Shown: positions 11,760 through 24,207 of the stretch, one piece after another
Numbering within the stretch: the stretch's first letter is position 1
Layout of the letters: each line of letters begins with the position of its first letter
Assembly: GCF_006345805.1 (NCBI RefSeq)
Contig: NC_043005.1
Coordinates: 99,634,001 to 99,698,000, forward strand
Source: Octopus sinensis
Taxonomy: Eukaryota
Reading direction: 5' to 3'
DNA length: 64,000 nt
Position numbers and translations under genes: made by a program
The notes under the pieces: generated by a model
Told to the model about the DNA's origin: nothing
What the model saw: only the letters and a program-made list of their open reading frames with translations
The model's database searches: none

Positions 11760-12296
11760 ACTGTGCTAGCGGGGCATCGTGTTAGTGATGCGCAAAGAGC
11801 ACCATACAAGCGTGATCGTTGACAGAGTGACTAACTGGCTTCTGTGCCAGTGGTACATAAAAGGCACCATTCGAGTGTGATCGTTACCAGCGTCGCCTTA
11901 CTGGCACTTGTGCCCCGTGCTAGTAGGGTGCAAAGAGCACCAGCCGAGCGTGATTGTTGCCAGAGCAGCTAACTGGTTTCTGTGCCGGTGACACGTAACA
12001 GGCACCATTCGAGTGTGATCATTACCAGCGTCGCCTTACTGGCACTTGTGCCGGTGACACATGGGAAATCATTTGAGCGAGGTCGTTGCCAGTATCGCGT
12101 GACTGGCTCCCGTGCCGGTGGCACGTAAAAGCACCCACTACACTCTCGGAGTGGTTGGCATTAGGAAAGGCATCCAGCTGTAGAAACTCTGCCAGATCAG
12201 GACTGGAGCCTGGTGTGGCCATCTGGTTCACCAGCCCTCAGTCAAATCGTCCAACCCATGCCAGCATGGAAAGCGGACGTTAAACGATGATGATGA
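11760..12296 (+). mobile_element. RTE LINE 3'UTR copy with tandem ~60-bp subunits
   Basis: Repeated ggcaccattcgagtgtgatcgttaccagcgtcgccttactggcac, then the family tail and (GAT)n. Confidence 0.85.
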
Positions 12297-13319
12297 ATGT
12301 AACCTGGTCAAATGAGGTTGTTCTATTTAAATGTCCTTTGCAAGAATTAACTCTTGTTTATATACTTCTATGCTTTGGCAAATATTTTGATATGAATGCA
12401 TGTGTGTGTGGGTCTGTGTGTGTGCGTTTGTGTGTGTGGGTCTGTGTGTGTGCGTTTGTGTGTGTGAGAGCAACTGTACATTTACTGTGGTGCCCATTCA
12501 TGTATGTGTCTCTTCTAAAATGTGAAATCATGTGTCAGATATGACTATTACCTGTAATAGACAGGTACATTGACCTCCTCCCTTTGATCATTACACTTTA
12601 GCCAAATCTGGTTCCAGATATTGACTTTAATATCTACTGAGGTTTATTATGACATATCTTTATTTACTTGATATGCATTGTGAAGTTATGATGCTCAATT
12701 AATGATAATAATATCATAGGTACTGTGAGCATAGTTATGTGTTTGTGTGTGAGAATGTATATTTGTATGTGTGTGTACCTGAGATGGCTTTGTGTCACAT
12801 GTTGGCAGGTATATGAAGTTATAAAGATAAATAGTAAGATAGACTGATACATAGGCATATATACTCATCACAGCAAATGCATAACTATCTACACACATGT
12901 ATACAAATGTACATAAAAATCTGTTAGTTGATATGGTAGGGCTGACAGTGAAAGTGATGTTGATGCTGGAAATGGTGAATTGAGAAAGATACAGAGAGAG
13001 GCTGGGAATGAGAGAGGGAGGTAACTAAAGATACAGTGATGCCAGTCGGCCCCTCACTTCTGGGAATCCTCTATCTTTCTCTTTCTCTCTCTTTCTCCAT
13101 TTACCATCGACCCCAATGTTACTGCCATTGTCTTTTCCACCCTCACTGCCATCAGAACTGATGCTGATGTCTCTGCTATCACCTTTATCTTGTCCTTTGA
13201 GTTACTTCAATTACTCCACACACAATTTATGAAGGTAACAACAAGGTTTTTGCTGTATAAATGTTTATGTTTTTTTCCTTATATATATTTCTCTATACTC
13301 TTTTACTCTATTACTCTTT

Positions 13320-13533
13320 TACTCTTTTACTCTCTTACTTGTTTCAGTCATTTGACTGTGGCCATGCTGGAGCACCTTTAGTCGAGCAAATCGATTCCAG
13401 GACTTATTCTTTGTAAGCCTAGTACTTATTCTTTCGGTTTCTTTTGCCGAACTGCTAAGTTACGGGGACGTAAACACACCAGCATCGGCTGTCAAGTGAT
13501 GTTGGGAGGACAAACACAGGCACACAAACATAT

Positions 13534-13580
<47 letters not shown>

Positions 13581-13745
13581 ACGGGCTTCTTTCAGTTTCC
13601 GTCTACCAAATCCACTCACAAGGCTTTGGTTGACCCGAGGCTCTAGTAGAAGACACTTGCCCACGGTGCCACACAATGGGACTGAACCCGAAACCATGTG
13701 GCTGGTAAACAAGCTACTTACCACAGCTACTCCTACGCTACTCCT
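13320..13745 (-). mobile_element. CORE-type SINE family B, near full length
   Basis: (TTTTACTC)n tail, internal (CA)/(TA) microsatellite, core and head, all in reverse orientation. Confidence 0.9.
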
Positions 13746-14099
13746 GCGATGGACTGGTGCCCCATCCAGCTGGGGGGAACACATACATCACAAAAACCAG
13801 GAAACCGAGCACATGAGCCTGGCTAGGCTTGAAAAAGGCACATAAATAAATAATATATATATATGTGTGTATGTATAGATATAAATATGCATATATATAG
13901 CAACCATTTTTCCATGCTAGCATGAGTTGTATTTGGAGTTGAGTGAGAACTTTATGGCAGGGTGACCTTCTTGTTGCATATGCTTACATATTTTTGAATC
14001 AAAATATTTTATTCCACTGGTCTTCAAAAGCAGAGAGTGCACAGGAACATAATTATGCACACACATATGCATGCACATGTGTGTGCATATTATTACAGA

Positions 14100-14670
14100 T
14101 GGTAAGGATGTAGTGGCTGATCTTGTAACCACATTATTTGCCAATGTGTGGAATGACTCACTTCTTCCACAGGACTGGAGGGATGCTATACAGATTTTAC
14201 CATAAACAGTAAAGAATCCAACTTTCATATTTCCTTACTTGAAATTGTTGGCAAAATATTCACCAGAATTTAATTGAACTGGTTACAGTCATACATATGC
14301 TCCAGGGATTTCCTGGCATCTCGGTGTAGATTTAGATCTGGTTGTGAGAGATGATAGATATGATCTTTAGTGTTGGGTTGGTGCAGGAGAATTGTATAGA
14401 GCAGAGACGCCCACTTTACCAAGATTTTGTTGAACAAGCAAAAGATTTTGACTTAGTGAATCGAAGTGCATTGCAGAGAATCATGGGAAAGTTGTGGGTG
14501 CCCACCTATATTTGTTGATGTGTTTCTCACTGTTATGAAGGGCTGCTTCAAATCAAATGGCGCTCTTTTGGAACTGATTCAATGGTATTAAACAGGATAA
14601 TATATCCTTGCTAACTTTGTTCTCCATATTTGTCAAAGTGGTGATCGCTCATGGTTCAAAGATTGCGATC
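14100..14670 (+). mobile_element. Decayed RTE (BovB-like) RT fragment
   Basis: LFANVWNDSLLPQDWRDAI..IVGKIFTRI..DMIF..QENCIEQRRPLYQDFV..KDFDLVNRSAL, with many stops. Confidence 0.75.
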
Positions 14671-15022
14671 TAGGTATCTTTGTTCACAGCAAGTAAACTA
14701 TCGAATCTGAAACATTTCAAAGCAAAACAAAAGGCCTTTATTACTCTTGTTTGAAATTGTTGTAAGTTGACAATTGTGTGCTTTTGTCTCTTAATAAGAA
14801 CAGGATATTCAGAAAATAATAAGCCTCTCTTTTGGTACTTGCTTTGCTTTTGGATTTGCAATAAGCCAAAAGAAGACCATAGTTATGTTTATACCTGCTC
14901 AAGGATAGGCATATGAAAAACTCAAAACACTTTTGAGTATCTAGGAGGCTGTCTTCAGAGATGGATCCCTAGATTCTGGAAGGCTTCAATTGAATATAAA
15001 TATAAATACAGGTATATTATAT

Positions 15023-16085
15023 ACAGGATGCATAAGATATTTGAGGGCATACCATTTGGGGGTCATTGCTGCATTTTTTGCTAACTCTGTATAATCTGTG
15101 TTTCAGAAAAAAATAACGGCAGACCCTCAGCTTACTCAAAAAATGAAGAGGTATGCTGATAATGTGGTTGTAAAGGCTGAGCATTGTGATTTAGAAATAG
15201 CTTGGTTTTTAAAAGTTACCAGATCTTTCGTCTACAAAGTTTGTAAGGAGCTAGAGACTGAAGATGGAAACATATCACCGGTATCAAAGCATAAAAAGCA
15301 TTCTAAACTTTCTGAAATCATCAGAATACCTGAATTTATCTAGTAAGTTCAACAGATCATTTATTACAATCCTAGAAAGTCCATGAGGTCAACTGCAAAA
15401 GATCTCCATGTGTCAGGAAGAATAGTCAGAAATGTTGTCCATGAAGACATCAGAAAGCAAAAGAAAATCACTACATCAGATCTAAAAGGCTTTTAAACAA
15501 ACTGAAAAATCAGCAGAATATTTGATTTGGTTATTCTCAAACAAGAAAATCTTTGACCAAGATCAAAAAGTTAACAGAAGAAATGATGGATGGTTATGTG
15601 CATATCCTTCTGAAGTTCCAAGTGTTATGCATACAAAGTTTCCTGCAACTGTCATGCTTTTAGGGGTTGTCAGCAATGAAGGCCTTCGAGTTAACTCTGC
15701 CACCTATATTGAGGTCCTGCAAATAATTGTTAAGCCCTAGTTAGAAAACTGTATGCAATGGAAGGCCATGTGTGTTTCAGTAAGAACTATCACACATGGC
15801 TTTAGTAACACAGGAATGGATGGCTGAAAATTTTCACAATCACAGAACCCCTAATTCCCCAGGTCTCATTCCACTGGACTATTACATGTGGAGTGTTGTT
15901 GAGAGAGTGGTCAATGAACACACCCATGACACCAAAGATTCTTTGAAAGCTGCCATAGTCAGAGTAATGTCCAAAATGAACCAGAACCACTTGATTCGAG
16001 CATGAAGATGATTAGGATCTCATATAGAAGCAGTTGTAGAAGCTAAAGGTGGTTTTAGTGAATAACGTTATAGAAGAGATTTTTG
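15023..16085 (+). mobile_element. Decayed maT/DD37D-like Tc1/mariner transposon
   Basis: WLFSNKKIFDQDQKVNRRNDGWL..VMHTKFPATVMLLGVVSNEG..NSPGLIPLDYYMWSVVER..TKDSLKAAI. Confidence 0.85.
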
Positions 16086-16382
16086 ATAAATAAAGTTATT
16101 ATCTGCTATTGTATTCTTTTACTCGTTTAAGCCATTTGACTGTGGCCATGATGAAGCACAATATTTGTAAGCTTAGTCTCTTTTGCTGAACCACTAAGTT
16201 ACGGGGACATAAACACACCAGCATTGGTTGTCATGTGATGTTGGGGGGACAAACACAGACACACACACACACATATGTACATACATACAAAGATACACAC
16301 ATACACATGTATGTATGTCCTTGTATTTGTGTTTATCCCCCACCACAACATAATCAACATACATACATACATACATACATAA

Positions 16383-16425
<43 letters not shown>

Positions 16426-16880
16426 ATACACGCACACATGTCATATACATTTATATATATAATGGTGAAGGCCCATGGCTTCTTTGTTAGGATATTCAAT
16501 TAATGATCATAACATCAATACCCATTTCAATACCTATTGGTGCAATGTATTCTTGAGCAAGACACTTCATTTCATGATGGTCCAGTCCACTCAGCTCACA
16601 AAAATGAGTAGTACCTGTATTTCAAAGAGCCAACCTTGTCACATGCAGTGTTACACTGATTCTCCCTGAGAACTACAGTAAGGATATGCGAGTTTGTGGA
16701 GTACTCAGCCACTTGCATGTTAATTTCAGAAGCAAGCTGTTTGGTTGGTTCATCGAATCAACTGGATATATATATATATATATATGCACATATATATATA
16801 AACACGTATATACATACATATACATGTATATAAAAACTGGCATTCCATCAATGATGCTGATTGCTGTTCCAGTTGATTCA

Positions 16881-16935
<55 letters not shown>

Positions 16936-16937
16936 GT

Positions 16938-17401
16938 AAATTATTAAGGTGGCTATTTGCAATTTACAACCAAAAGCAACAAGTGTAGACATCACTAAAG
17001 TGACAGAGGGTGCTAGTCCACACCAGCATTGCTAGAAATAAGAGTCAAAACAACTCTTAGCCACATGAAAACACTTTTCTAATGACTGACAAGAGAGACA
17101 AACTCCCTATGACAATCGTGAAGGAGTCATATCAGCGCTGATTTCAGATTTGATTAATCTTCATCAGTGACCCATTACTCTGTCACCAAGGGCATAAAGA
17201 ACCTTGGTCACCTTGTCAGTCTTATAGAGAACAGCATAGGAAACACTGACTGATTCCGCAAACAGTGAAGTGAGAATTATAAATTATTAAGGTGGCTATT
17301 CACAATTTACAACCAAAAGGCCACAAATATAGTTGTTACTAAAGTGATGGAGGGTGCTAGTCAGCACCAGCATTGCTAGAGCACTTTTCTAATGACTGAC
17401 A
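16938..17401 (-). mobile_element. ORF-less, terminally redundant PLE-like / retrozyme-like unit (343-bp period)
   Basis: Direct repeats at 16938-17091 and 17281-17401 (about 85% identical by eye, one ~30-bp indel) flank a hammerhead motif; (AT)n lies on both sides. Confidence 0.65.
17124..17173 (-). ncRNA. Type I hammerhead ribozyme, intact core
   Basis: Minus strand reads GGGTCA-CTGATGA-AGATT(AATCA)AATCT-GAAA-TCAGCGCTGA-T-A-TGACTC. Helix I is 6 bp, helix II 5 bp, helix III a perfect palindrome, and the cleavage triplet is AUA. Confidence 0.85.
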
Positions 17402-17476
17402 TATATATATATATATTAAGGAGATGTACTTGCGTAGCAAGTGACCTAATCTGAGATCCTGTGCTGAAACAAAAAC

Positions 17477-17743
17477 AATTGCAGCATGGAAGGTGTTTAT
17501 AAGCCATTTAAAAACACACAAAAACCATTAGATTCACTTCAACATTTAAATTTAATAAATTCCATGCTGCATCTGAGAAAGTAACAGTTAGTTCATCAGA
17601 TGCAGCATGGAATTTTGTCAGTGAAAAGGTTGCGGTCTCAAAGTGATGAAAATATTTTGGCAAATTGAATTTAAATGTTGAAGTAAATCTAACAGTTTTA
17701 GTGTGTTTTTAAATGGCTTATAAACAGCGTCCATGCTGCAATT
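17477..17743. repeat. Foldback element with ~80-bp arms and a nested 20-bp perfect hairpin
   Basis: aattgcagcatgga..gtttataagccatttaaaaacac is reverse-complemented at 17664-17743. Inner hairpin: aaattccatgctgcatctga (17557-76) / tcagatgcagcatggaattt (17596-615). Confidence 0.9.
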
Positions 17744-17809
17744 TACATATATATATATACAAATATACACACACACACATATGTATCTAATAAATGAAAA
17801 ATGTATGAT

Positions 17810-18005
17810 AAATAAACAAACAACATAATGTATAGTGAATGCAAAAACAAACAGGAGACAAAAGGGTCTGTAATCCTTTGACAGTTATCAACCAATTGGT
17901 ACAAAACTCAATTGGTCAATAACTGATGAAGAGATATGGACCTTCTGTTTGTCTCCCATTTGTTTTTACATTCAGTCTATGTTATTTCATTTGTTTATTT
18001 ACCAT
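17810..18005. repeat. Imperfect palindrome centred near 17903
   Basis: gaatgcaaaaacaaacaggagacaaaagggtc pairs with gaccttctgtttgtctcccatttgtttttacattc; inner ccaattg/caattgg. Confidence 0.75.
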
Positions 18006-18139
18006 ACTTTTTCATTTCATTTCATTTCATTTGAGTTTGAGTCCATGCTCAGGCCAAGTCGAAGACTCCACCCTCAGAGTCTGGTGTGGTTGCCAGGTTG
18101 TATTCTCTGTTTAATTTTGACATGTATTAAGAAATAGAA

Positions 18140-18670
18140 TACAACACACACAGAATTTGTACTAACAGGTAAGTTTAATATAAATATATATATATAATGG
18201 AACAAAAACACAATAGAGGGCATTAAAACGTTTGGACAGATGACACAAAGGCGGACAAGAGAAACAACAACTAGAAGGACAGGCAAAAAAAGACGGGTTT
18301 TTCTTAGCTTTCTTTCATCAGTCAAGCACCAGAAGTCACGACCATTTTGGACAGTTACACTTGAGATGGTTCGATCTGGTTGTCCCTAAAAAAGTCTAAG
18401 CTAAGAGCATTAGACCCCTTTATAAGAAATCTAGCAAATGTGTACAGCAACAAAGATGAAAAATCAAACAAACAAAAAAACGGAGAACATGGTACACAAT
18501 TATGAATATAACAACAAGAAATAACAATTCAAATTGAGGTGGTGTGTATGAAGTAAAAGCCTAAAGGTAGGAACATGGGAGATGGACACAAGACATGTTG
18601 ATGGTCAGCAGTCAGGCCAAGAAAGAAAGACCATGGCTGACCAGACACCAGTCACGTGGAAGTAGGATAT
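18140..18670 (-). mobile_element. Probable PLE 3' non-coding fragment
   Basis: Shares the tt(c/t)atcagtcaag..acc(a/g)ga architecture with the arms of the 24559-24800 palindrome. CTGATGA..GAAA is present on the minus strand, but the helices are broken. Confidence 0.45.
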
Positions 18671-20619
18671 ATATATATATATATATTGTTGGCATTCTTT
18701 TTGTCTCGGGAGACAATGGAGTTGCGCATAGAATAATCTAGTCCAGCCTTTACATTTCATGTCCTGATACATCTGCTGTGGCTGTGTAGTCCTATCCTGG
18801 ACAAACACTCCCTCTGGCAGGTGTTGCAAACGTAGCGAAGACTTTGCCTGGCTGGTTGTAATGTCATAATCTCTTGTTGACGTCTTTACATATGTTTGTA
18901 TATAAGTATATCATGGCTGTCCACTCAAGACAGAGGAAGACCATCACTGACTCTTAAGAACATTGTGCAATTGGACAAAATTATACTTTATATTTGTGAC
19001 TCCACTGGTGACTAATGAACCCAGCTCTTGATAAATATACATGCCATCAAATACTGCAGACTAAACTTCCTCCTCTCACTACACTGCTGCTATGTTTTTG
19101 AACATCTTGCTTAACTCTTTAGCATTTCAACTGGCCAGATCTGACCTCTCACACCTATACTACAATGTCATTCTAGAAATATACAATAACATCATCAGAA
19201 TCTCAAAGCTATGAGATAATGCATGATCAATCCAAGACAATGTGAATGAATAAGCATTACATTTGACAGTAATCTGAATGCCAAAGGGTTAAATTCTGTC
19301 TGCAAAATGTGTTTCTACAGAAAGACCCATACTTTCGATTCCTTTTTTTCGTGCATTGGTGGTAATGACAAGAATTGCTTTCCCAGTTGACCTTCCATAT
19401 CTCACATGCCTTCAACGTTCGTACTTTACACAATCCTTAAACCATAGATTGCAGCTTCTGCTGGGGGCACTTTCTACAAACAAGTTCACAACATAGCATC
19501 TGCTTGCTCATCCTCTGACCATTCACCTGTGTGTATATATCTGTGTGTATATGCATGTGTGTGTATATGCATGTGTGTATATGCATGTGTGTATATGCAT
19601 GTGTGTATATATCTGTGTGTATATGCATGTGTGTTTATACACACACATGGATGAATGATCAGAGGAGCTATACACACAAATATTCATGAGCATTCGATTC
19701 TAGAAATGTTTGTGTTTGGGAATAATAGTTTATGTAAATAATAGCTACAAGGTAAGATTTACTAATCCTGTCAAATATTATAAACATGAATGAATTGTGA
19801 GATTCTGTGAGGCTGAAAATATATACGTTTTATACAAAAGAATACATATGCATTTATAAGCAAATGTATATTCATGTGTCTGAGTGTGCGTACAGATATA
19901 GCTTTGCATGAACACGTATTTATGTGTACAGATGATGATGATGATAATAATAATAATAATAGTAATAATAATAATCATCATCACCATTGGCGGCGGCGGC
20001 AGTGGTGGCGATTTGTTTCTGTGAGAATATATCTAAGTCCATAAGTCTATACTATATTACTGTAGTCTAGAACAAAACAGTGGTATGTTTTAATTTCAAA
20101 AGTACTTTCTAAGAATCTATCTAAGCCGCTAAATACTTTTATGGAATTGACTTTCATATTTGTTTTGTAATAATGTAAATACTAATAACTCCTATTAATG
20201 TAAATATTAATTAGTAATTAATTGAAGATAATATAATAATATAATACTTTGTGACATACTACAGAAATGTTAGGCACACTGTTGAATGAGTAATCTCTTT
20301 TCTTCTTCTTGGAATTTTCTGACAGGGGTCTTTGCAATAAATTGATTTGATTAAGATTACTTAGAATTGTTGTTTTATTAGACTGTGAAAGGTCCTTCGA
20401 TTAGGCCTTTAGTCTTAAACTTTAATCAATATGATTTTGATTTTATGTAATTATATCAACTGTAGGTGTGGGTTTGGGTGTGTGTTTGAGAAGCTTGCTT
20501 CCAACCATTAGGTTCGGTCTCTGTGTGTGGAACCTTGGGCAAATGTCTACTATTATAGCTCTGGGTCAACCAAAGCCTTGTGTGCATATATGCTAGATGA
20601 AAACTGAAAGAAGCATGTC

Positions 20620-20650
<31 letters not shown>

Positions 20651-22024
20651 CTCTTTTACTTTTTTCAGTCATTTGACTGTGGCCATGCTGGAGCACCGCC
20701 TTTAGTCGATCAAATTGACCCCAAAACTTATTCTTTGTAAGCCTAGTACTTATTCTATCGGCCTCTTTTGCTGAACCACTAAGTTATGGGGATGTAAACA
20801 CTCCAGCATACATACACTCACATGTATGTATGTGTGTGTAGAACGAAAAATTGCAAGTATTGAACATTATCTTTTGTTAGAGTGTGATATTTTCTGAATA
20901 TTTTCTGATGTAGTTGACAGATTGGGAATATTGAGAGGGAAAAGTTAAGAATAAGCGGAGGAAGCACGTCAAGTTTCCTTGCACTCATCATAAAAGTATT
21001 TACTTTAAATATATGTAGGTACATTTATACATACATATATCTAAAGTAAATATGCATGTATGTATGCATGTCAGCAGGTAGATAGTTATGTATGTATGTA
21101 TGTATGTATGTATATATGTATGTATATATGCATGCATGTATGTATATATGCATGTATGTCTGTATGTATGCATGCATGTATATATATATGTATGCATGTA
21201 TGTATGTATGCATGCATGTATGTATATATGCCTGCATGTATGCATGTATGTGTTATGCATGTATGTATGTGTGGAGATGCATGGCTTAGTGGTTAGGGTA
21301 TTGGACTCATGATTGTAAGATTGTGGTTTCAATTCCTGGACTGACCGAGCAATGCATTGTGGTCTTGAGCAAAACACTTCATTTCACGTTGCTCCAGTCC
21401 ACTCAGCTGGCAAAAATAAGTATTCCTGTATATACTTCTCACCATCCATGGAGGAGTGTATACACCAGAGAACCTGCGAAACTGACTCTGTGGGTCTATG
21501 GGACGTGAAAAGGAACTTTACTCTGTATCCTTTCTTTTTAAGAATGTTTGAATGTATGTGTGTCTGTCTGTCTGTATGAATGAATGAATGTGTGTGTGTG
21601 TATGCGTGTCTGTATGCACATGCACATACTCATACACACCAGAGATAACCTACAAGGTATTCTTTCAATCAAATGCTTTTTGTAGGTAAACAGATGTCTA
21701 TATAAAGGTTTCCTAAAATATATTCAGGACTGATTATTCATTTGCTTTATTTCTTTCTTTATTAGAAACGATTTGGTAATTGTCTCATGTTATTGTCTTA
21801 TGTTCCTTACTTGGAATGGTACTTGGTAAAAGCAACTCTTTATATAGATGAGTGCTCATGCCTCTGCTAACCATTCAAATATGAGATTCAGGAAGACTTT
21901 GTGGACATTTATCCAGAGTTACTGAAAGGAACAAAGTTATCTATTTTGCTGAAGAGCAAAATACAATGGCTGTTGTGAGATTTGAACATTTGAATAAGAG
22001 AACTGTAGTACATATTTAATACCT

Positions 22025-22245
22025 ATTTCTTTACTACTCACAAGGGGCTAAACGTAGAGAGGACAAACAAGGACAGACAAACGGATTAAGTCGATTATAT
22101 CGACTCCAATGCGTAACTGGTACTCATTTAATCGACCCTGAAAGGATGAAAGGCAAGTCAACCTCGGTGGAATTTGAACTCAGAACGTAACAACAGACGA
22201 AATACTGCTAAGCATTTCACCCGGCGTGCTAACGATTCTGCCAGT
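22025..22245 (-). mobile_element. SINE family A
   Basis: Reverse complement of the family consensus including the tail ccccttgtgagtagtaaagaaatagg. Confidence 0.9.
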
Positions 22246-22254
22246 AATCCCACT

Positions 22255-23160
22255 AACACACTTGTGTGATAAATGCACAAGTATCCATCCGGATATTGTA
22301 CGATGGGTTGGTGCCTTCCTCTCAGATCGCTCCTTCCAAGTCCAAGTTAATGGTTCACTGTCCTACGTCTCCAGTGCGAGCAGTGGCATGCCTCAAGGTT
22401 TAGTGCTTGGGTTCTTATTGTTTTTAGTCTTCATAAATGACTTGCCCGACAACCTCACGCAACATACCCTTCTATTTGCCGATGATGTCAAACTGGTCGC
22501 TCCTCGCGGTGATACAGCTGATCTTCGTTGATGCCTCCAACAAGTTTGGAGATGGTCTAATGAATGGGACCTGTGTCTGAATGTGTCAAAGTGCTGTCAT
22601 CTGCCTGTTGGCTCTTCTCCTGCAACTCAACTTGATTTCGAGCCGGGTCGTCTGCTGCTGGAGAGGACCGACCAGGTAAAGGACCTGGCTATCTTGGTGG
22701 ATTCTTCCTTTTTGCCTTCGGCCCAGTGCGTCCATGCTACCAACAAAGCACACAGAGCTCTGTTTTTGATTCAACGGTCATTCGGAACGCTCACAGCAGC
22801 CATATCCCTACTGCTCTATGTCATGCTGAAGAGACCCATATTGGAGTACGGGAATCTGTTCTTCACTCCTGCTCCAGAGCGTCGGCTGTGGGGTCACTCC
22901 GAAAAGCTCTATCTGCGACGATTTCATCTCAATCGAAGGAGAGGGGCTTTCTCCATCCGGGTTGCGGATCCGTGGAATAAGCTGCCAGACGAGATAGTGA
23001 AGATGCCAACAACTGCTTGGTTCAAAGTCACTCTTGACCAGAAATAGCCTGAACTCTTTGCATGAACACCCTCCCTGTACATAACTCCATGTCCCACTAC
23101 ATGACCTTGCTTTTTGCATTTTGAGCCAAAAATTTAACTTAACTCAACTTAACTTAAATA
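22255..23160 (+). mobile_element. 5'-truncated CR1/L2-group LINE with an internal deletion
   Basis: WVGAFLSDRSFQVQVNG..SGMPQGLVLGFLLFLVFINDLP..LFADDVKL..KDLAILVD..RPILEYG..FSIRVADPWNKLP, ending in a (TTAAC)n-like tail. Confidence 0.92.
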
Positions 23161-24051
23161 GAAACTTTGTATAGATAAAAACAGCATGTAATTATGCATG
23201 CATAATGTTTATCTTCTTGTTTCCTACATACCAACAAAAAATAGACCTCTTCAGATCTTGTTAGAAGCAAAATGCTACAATGATTAAATAAATAGATGTA
23301 GATAAGGTTTGCAGTTTTAAAGTGGTGGAAATTATTCTGTTGAGACCATGTTGAAGGAAGAATTAAATGTGAAAGCTTAGTGGAAGAACAGAAAAATGGT
23401 TCACAGGCTACATACCTCTGGTTGAGTAAAATAACATATATGACAGCAGTAAAACTAAAAAAATGGTCCCGCTTTGTTTATCTAACACTAAATGGATGAC
23501 AAACTACTCCTCACCAGTTCGTAAAACAATACGCATGACAAAACAGCAGAACCGGTACATCTGCTGTTGGAAGGAATAACTATGGATTTTACATTTCACA
23601 AGGCAAGTAAACTTATTAAACTCATATTTGAACTAAACTAATTATTACCAACAGAAACTATTACAGGTTTTCTTGAATTCTAGATCTTACTCCATTATAA
23701 TTAACAATCATTAGCAATTAAATGATTATTTTTATGGAGAAATCCTACAGCACTAGTGATGAAATAGGGACCACTATTTTCCTCATTTTTCTAATGGTTA
23801 GCGATAACTTATGCTTTGGAGATCCAACTGTAACTTATAGCAGTAACCTTTATCATATATATATATATGTGTGTAAGTGTGTGTGTGTATAAGACTTATT
23901 CACACATATAATATAATAATATTTGCAGTCTACAAGACATTTTTACTCATGTTGACTGCTGGTAAAAAATTTATATTTTAATTTTTACCCAATATCTAAA
24001 ATTTATGTATATATATGTAAATGTAATATGTGACAATTATTCGGTAGCCAT

Positions 24052-24112
24052 GATAAAACTCCGAATTTCATATGCCGAGGTGGAAATCCACACCATCATT
24101 TCTTCAGTTATC
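24052..24112 (-). ncRNA. Type I hammerhead motif, mirror copy
   Basis: Minus strand reads GATAA-CTGAAGA-...-GAAA-TTC-G-GAG-T-T-TTATC. Confidence 0.65.
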
Positions 24113-24146
24113 CAGCCATCAGAAAAATGCATTTTTCTGATGGACG

Positions 24147-24207
24147 GATAACTGAAGAGATGGTGGCATGGATTTCCACCTCGGCATATGAAACTCGGAG
24201 TTTTATC
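24147..24207 (+). ncRNA. Type I hammerhead motif (dimer-type helix III)
   Basis: GATAA-CTGAAGA-[helix II, partly decayed]-GAAA-CTC-G-GAG-T-T-TTATC. Confidence 0.7.

Noticed and set aside
19486-19527. Minus-strand GEWSEDEQADAML* as a terminal exon
   Set aside because: The acceptor is preceded by a CA/TA microsatellite rather than a pyrimidine tract; the phase match to 23416 may be chance.
21766-21775. 10-nt microexon candidate (also 27109-27122, 50221-50231, 52896-52916 and an AG|GT site near 25850)
   Set aside because: Most are not multiples of 3 or have weak signals; such matches are expected by chance in AT-rich DNA.
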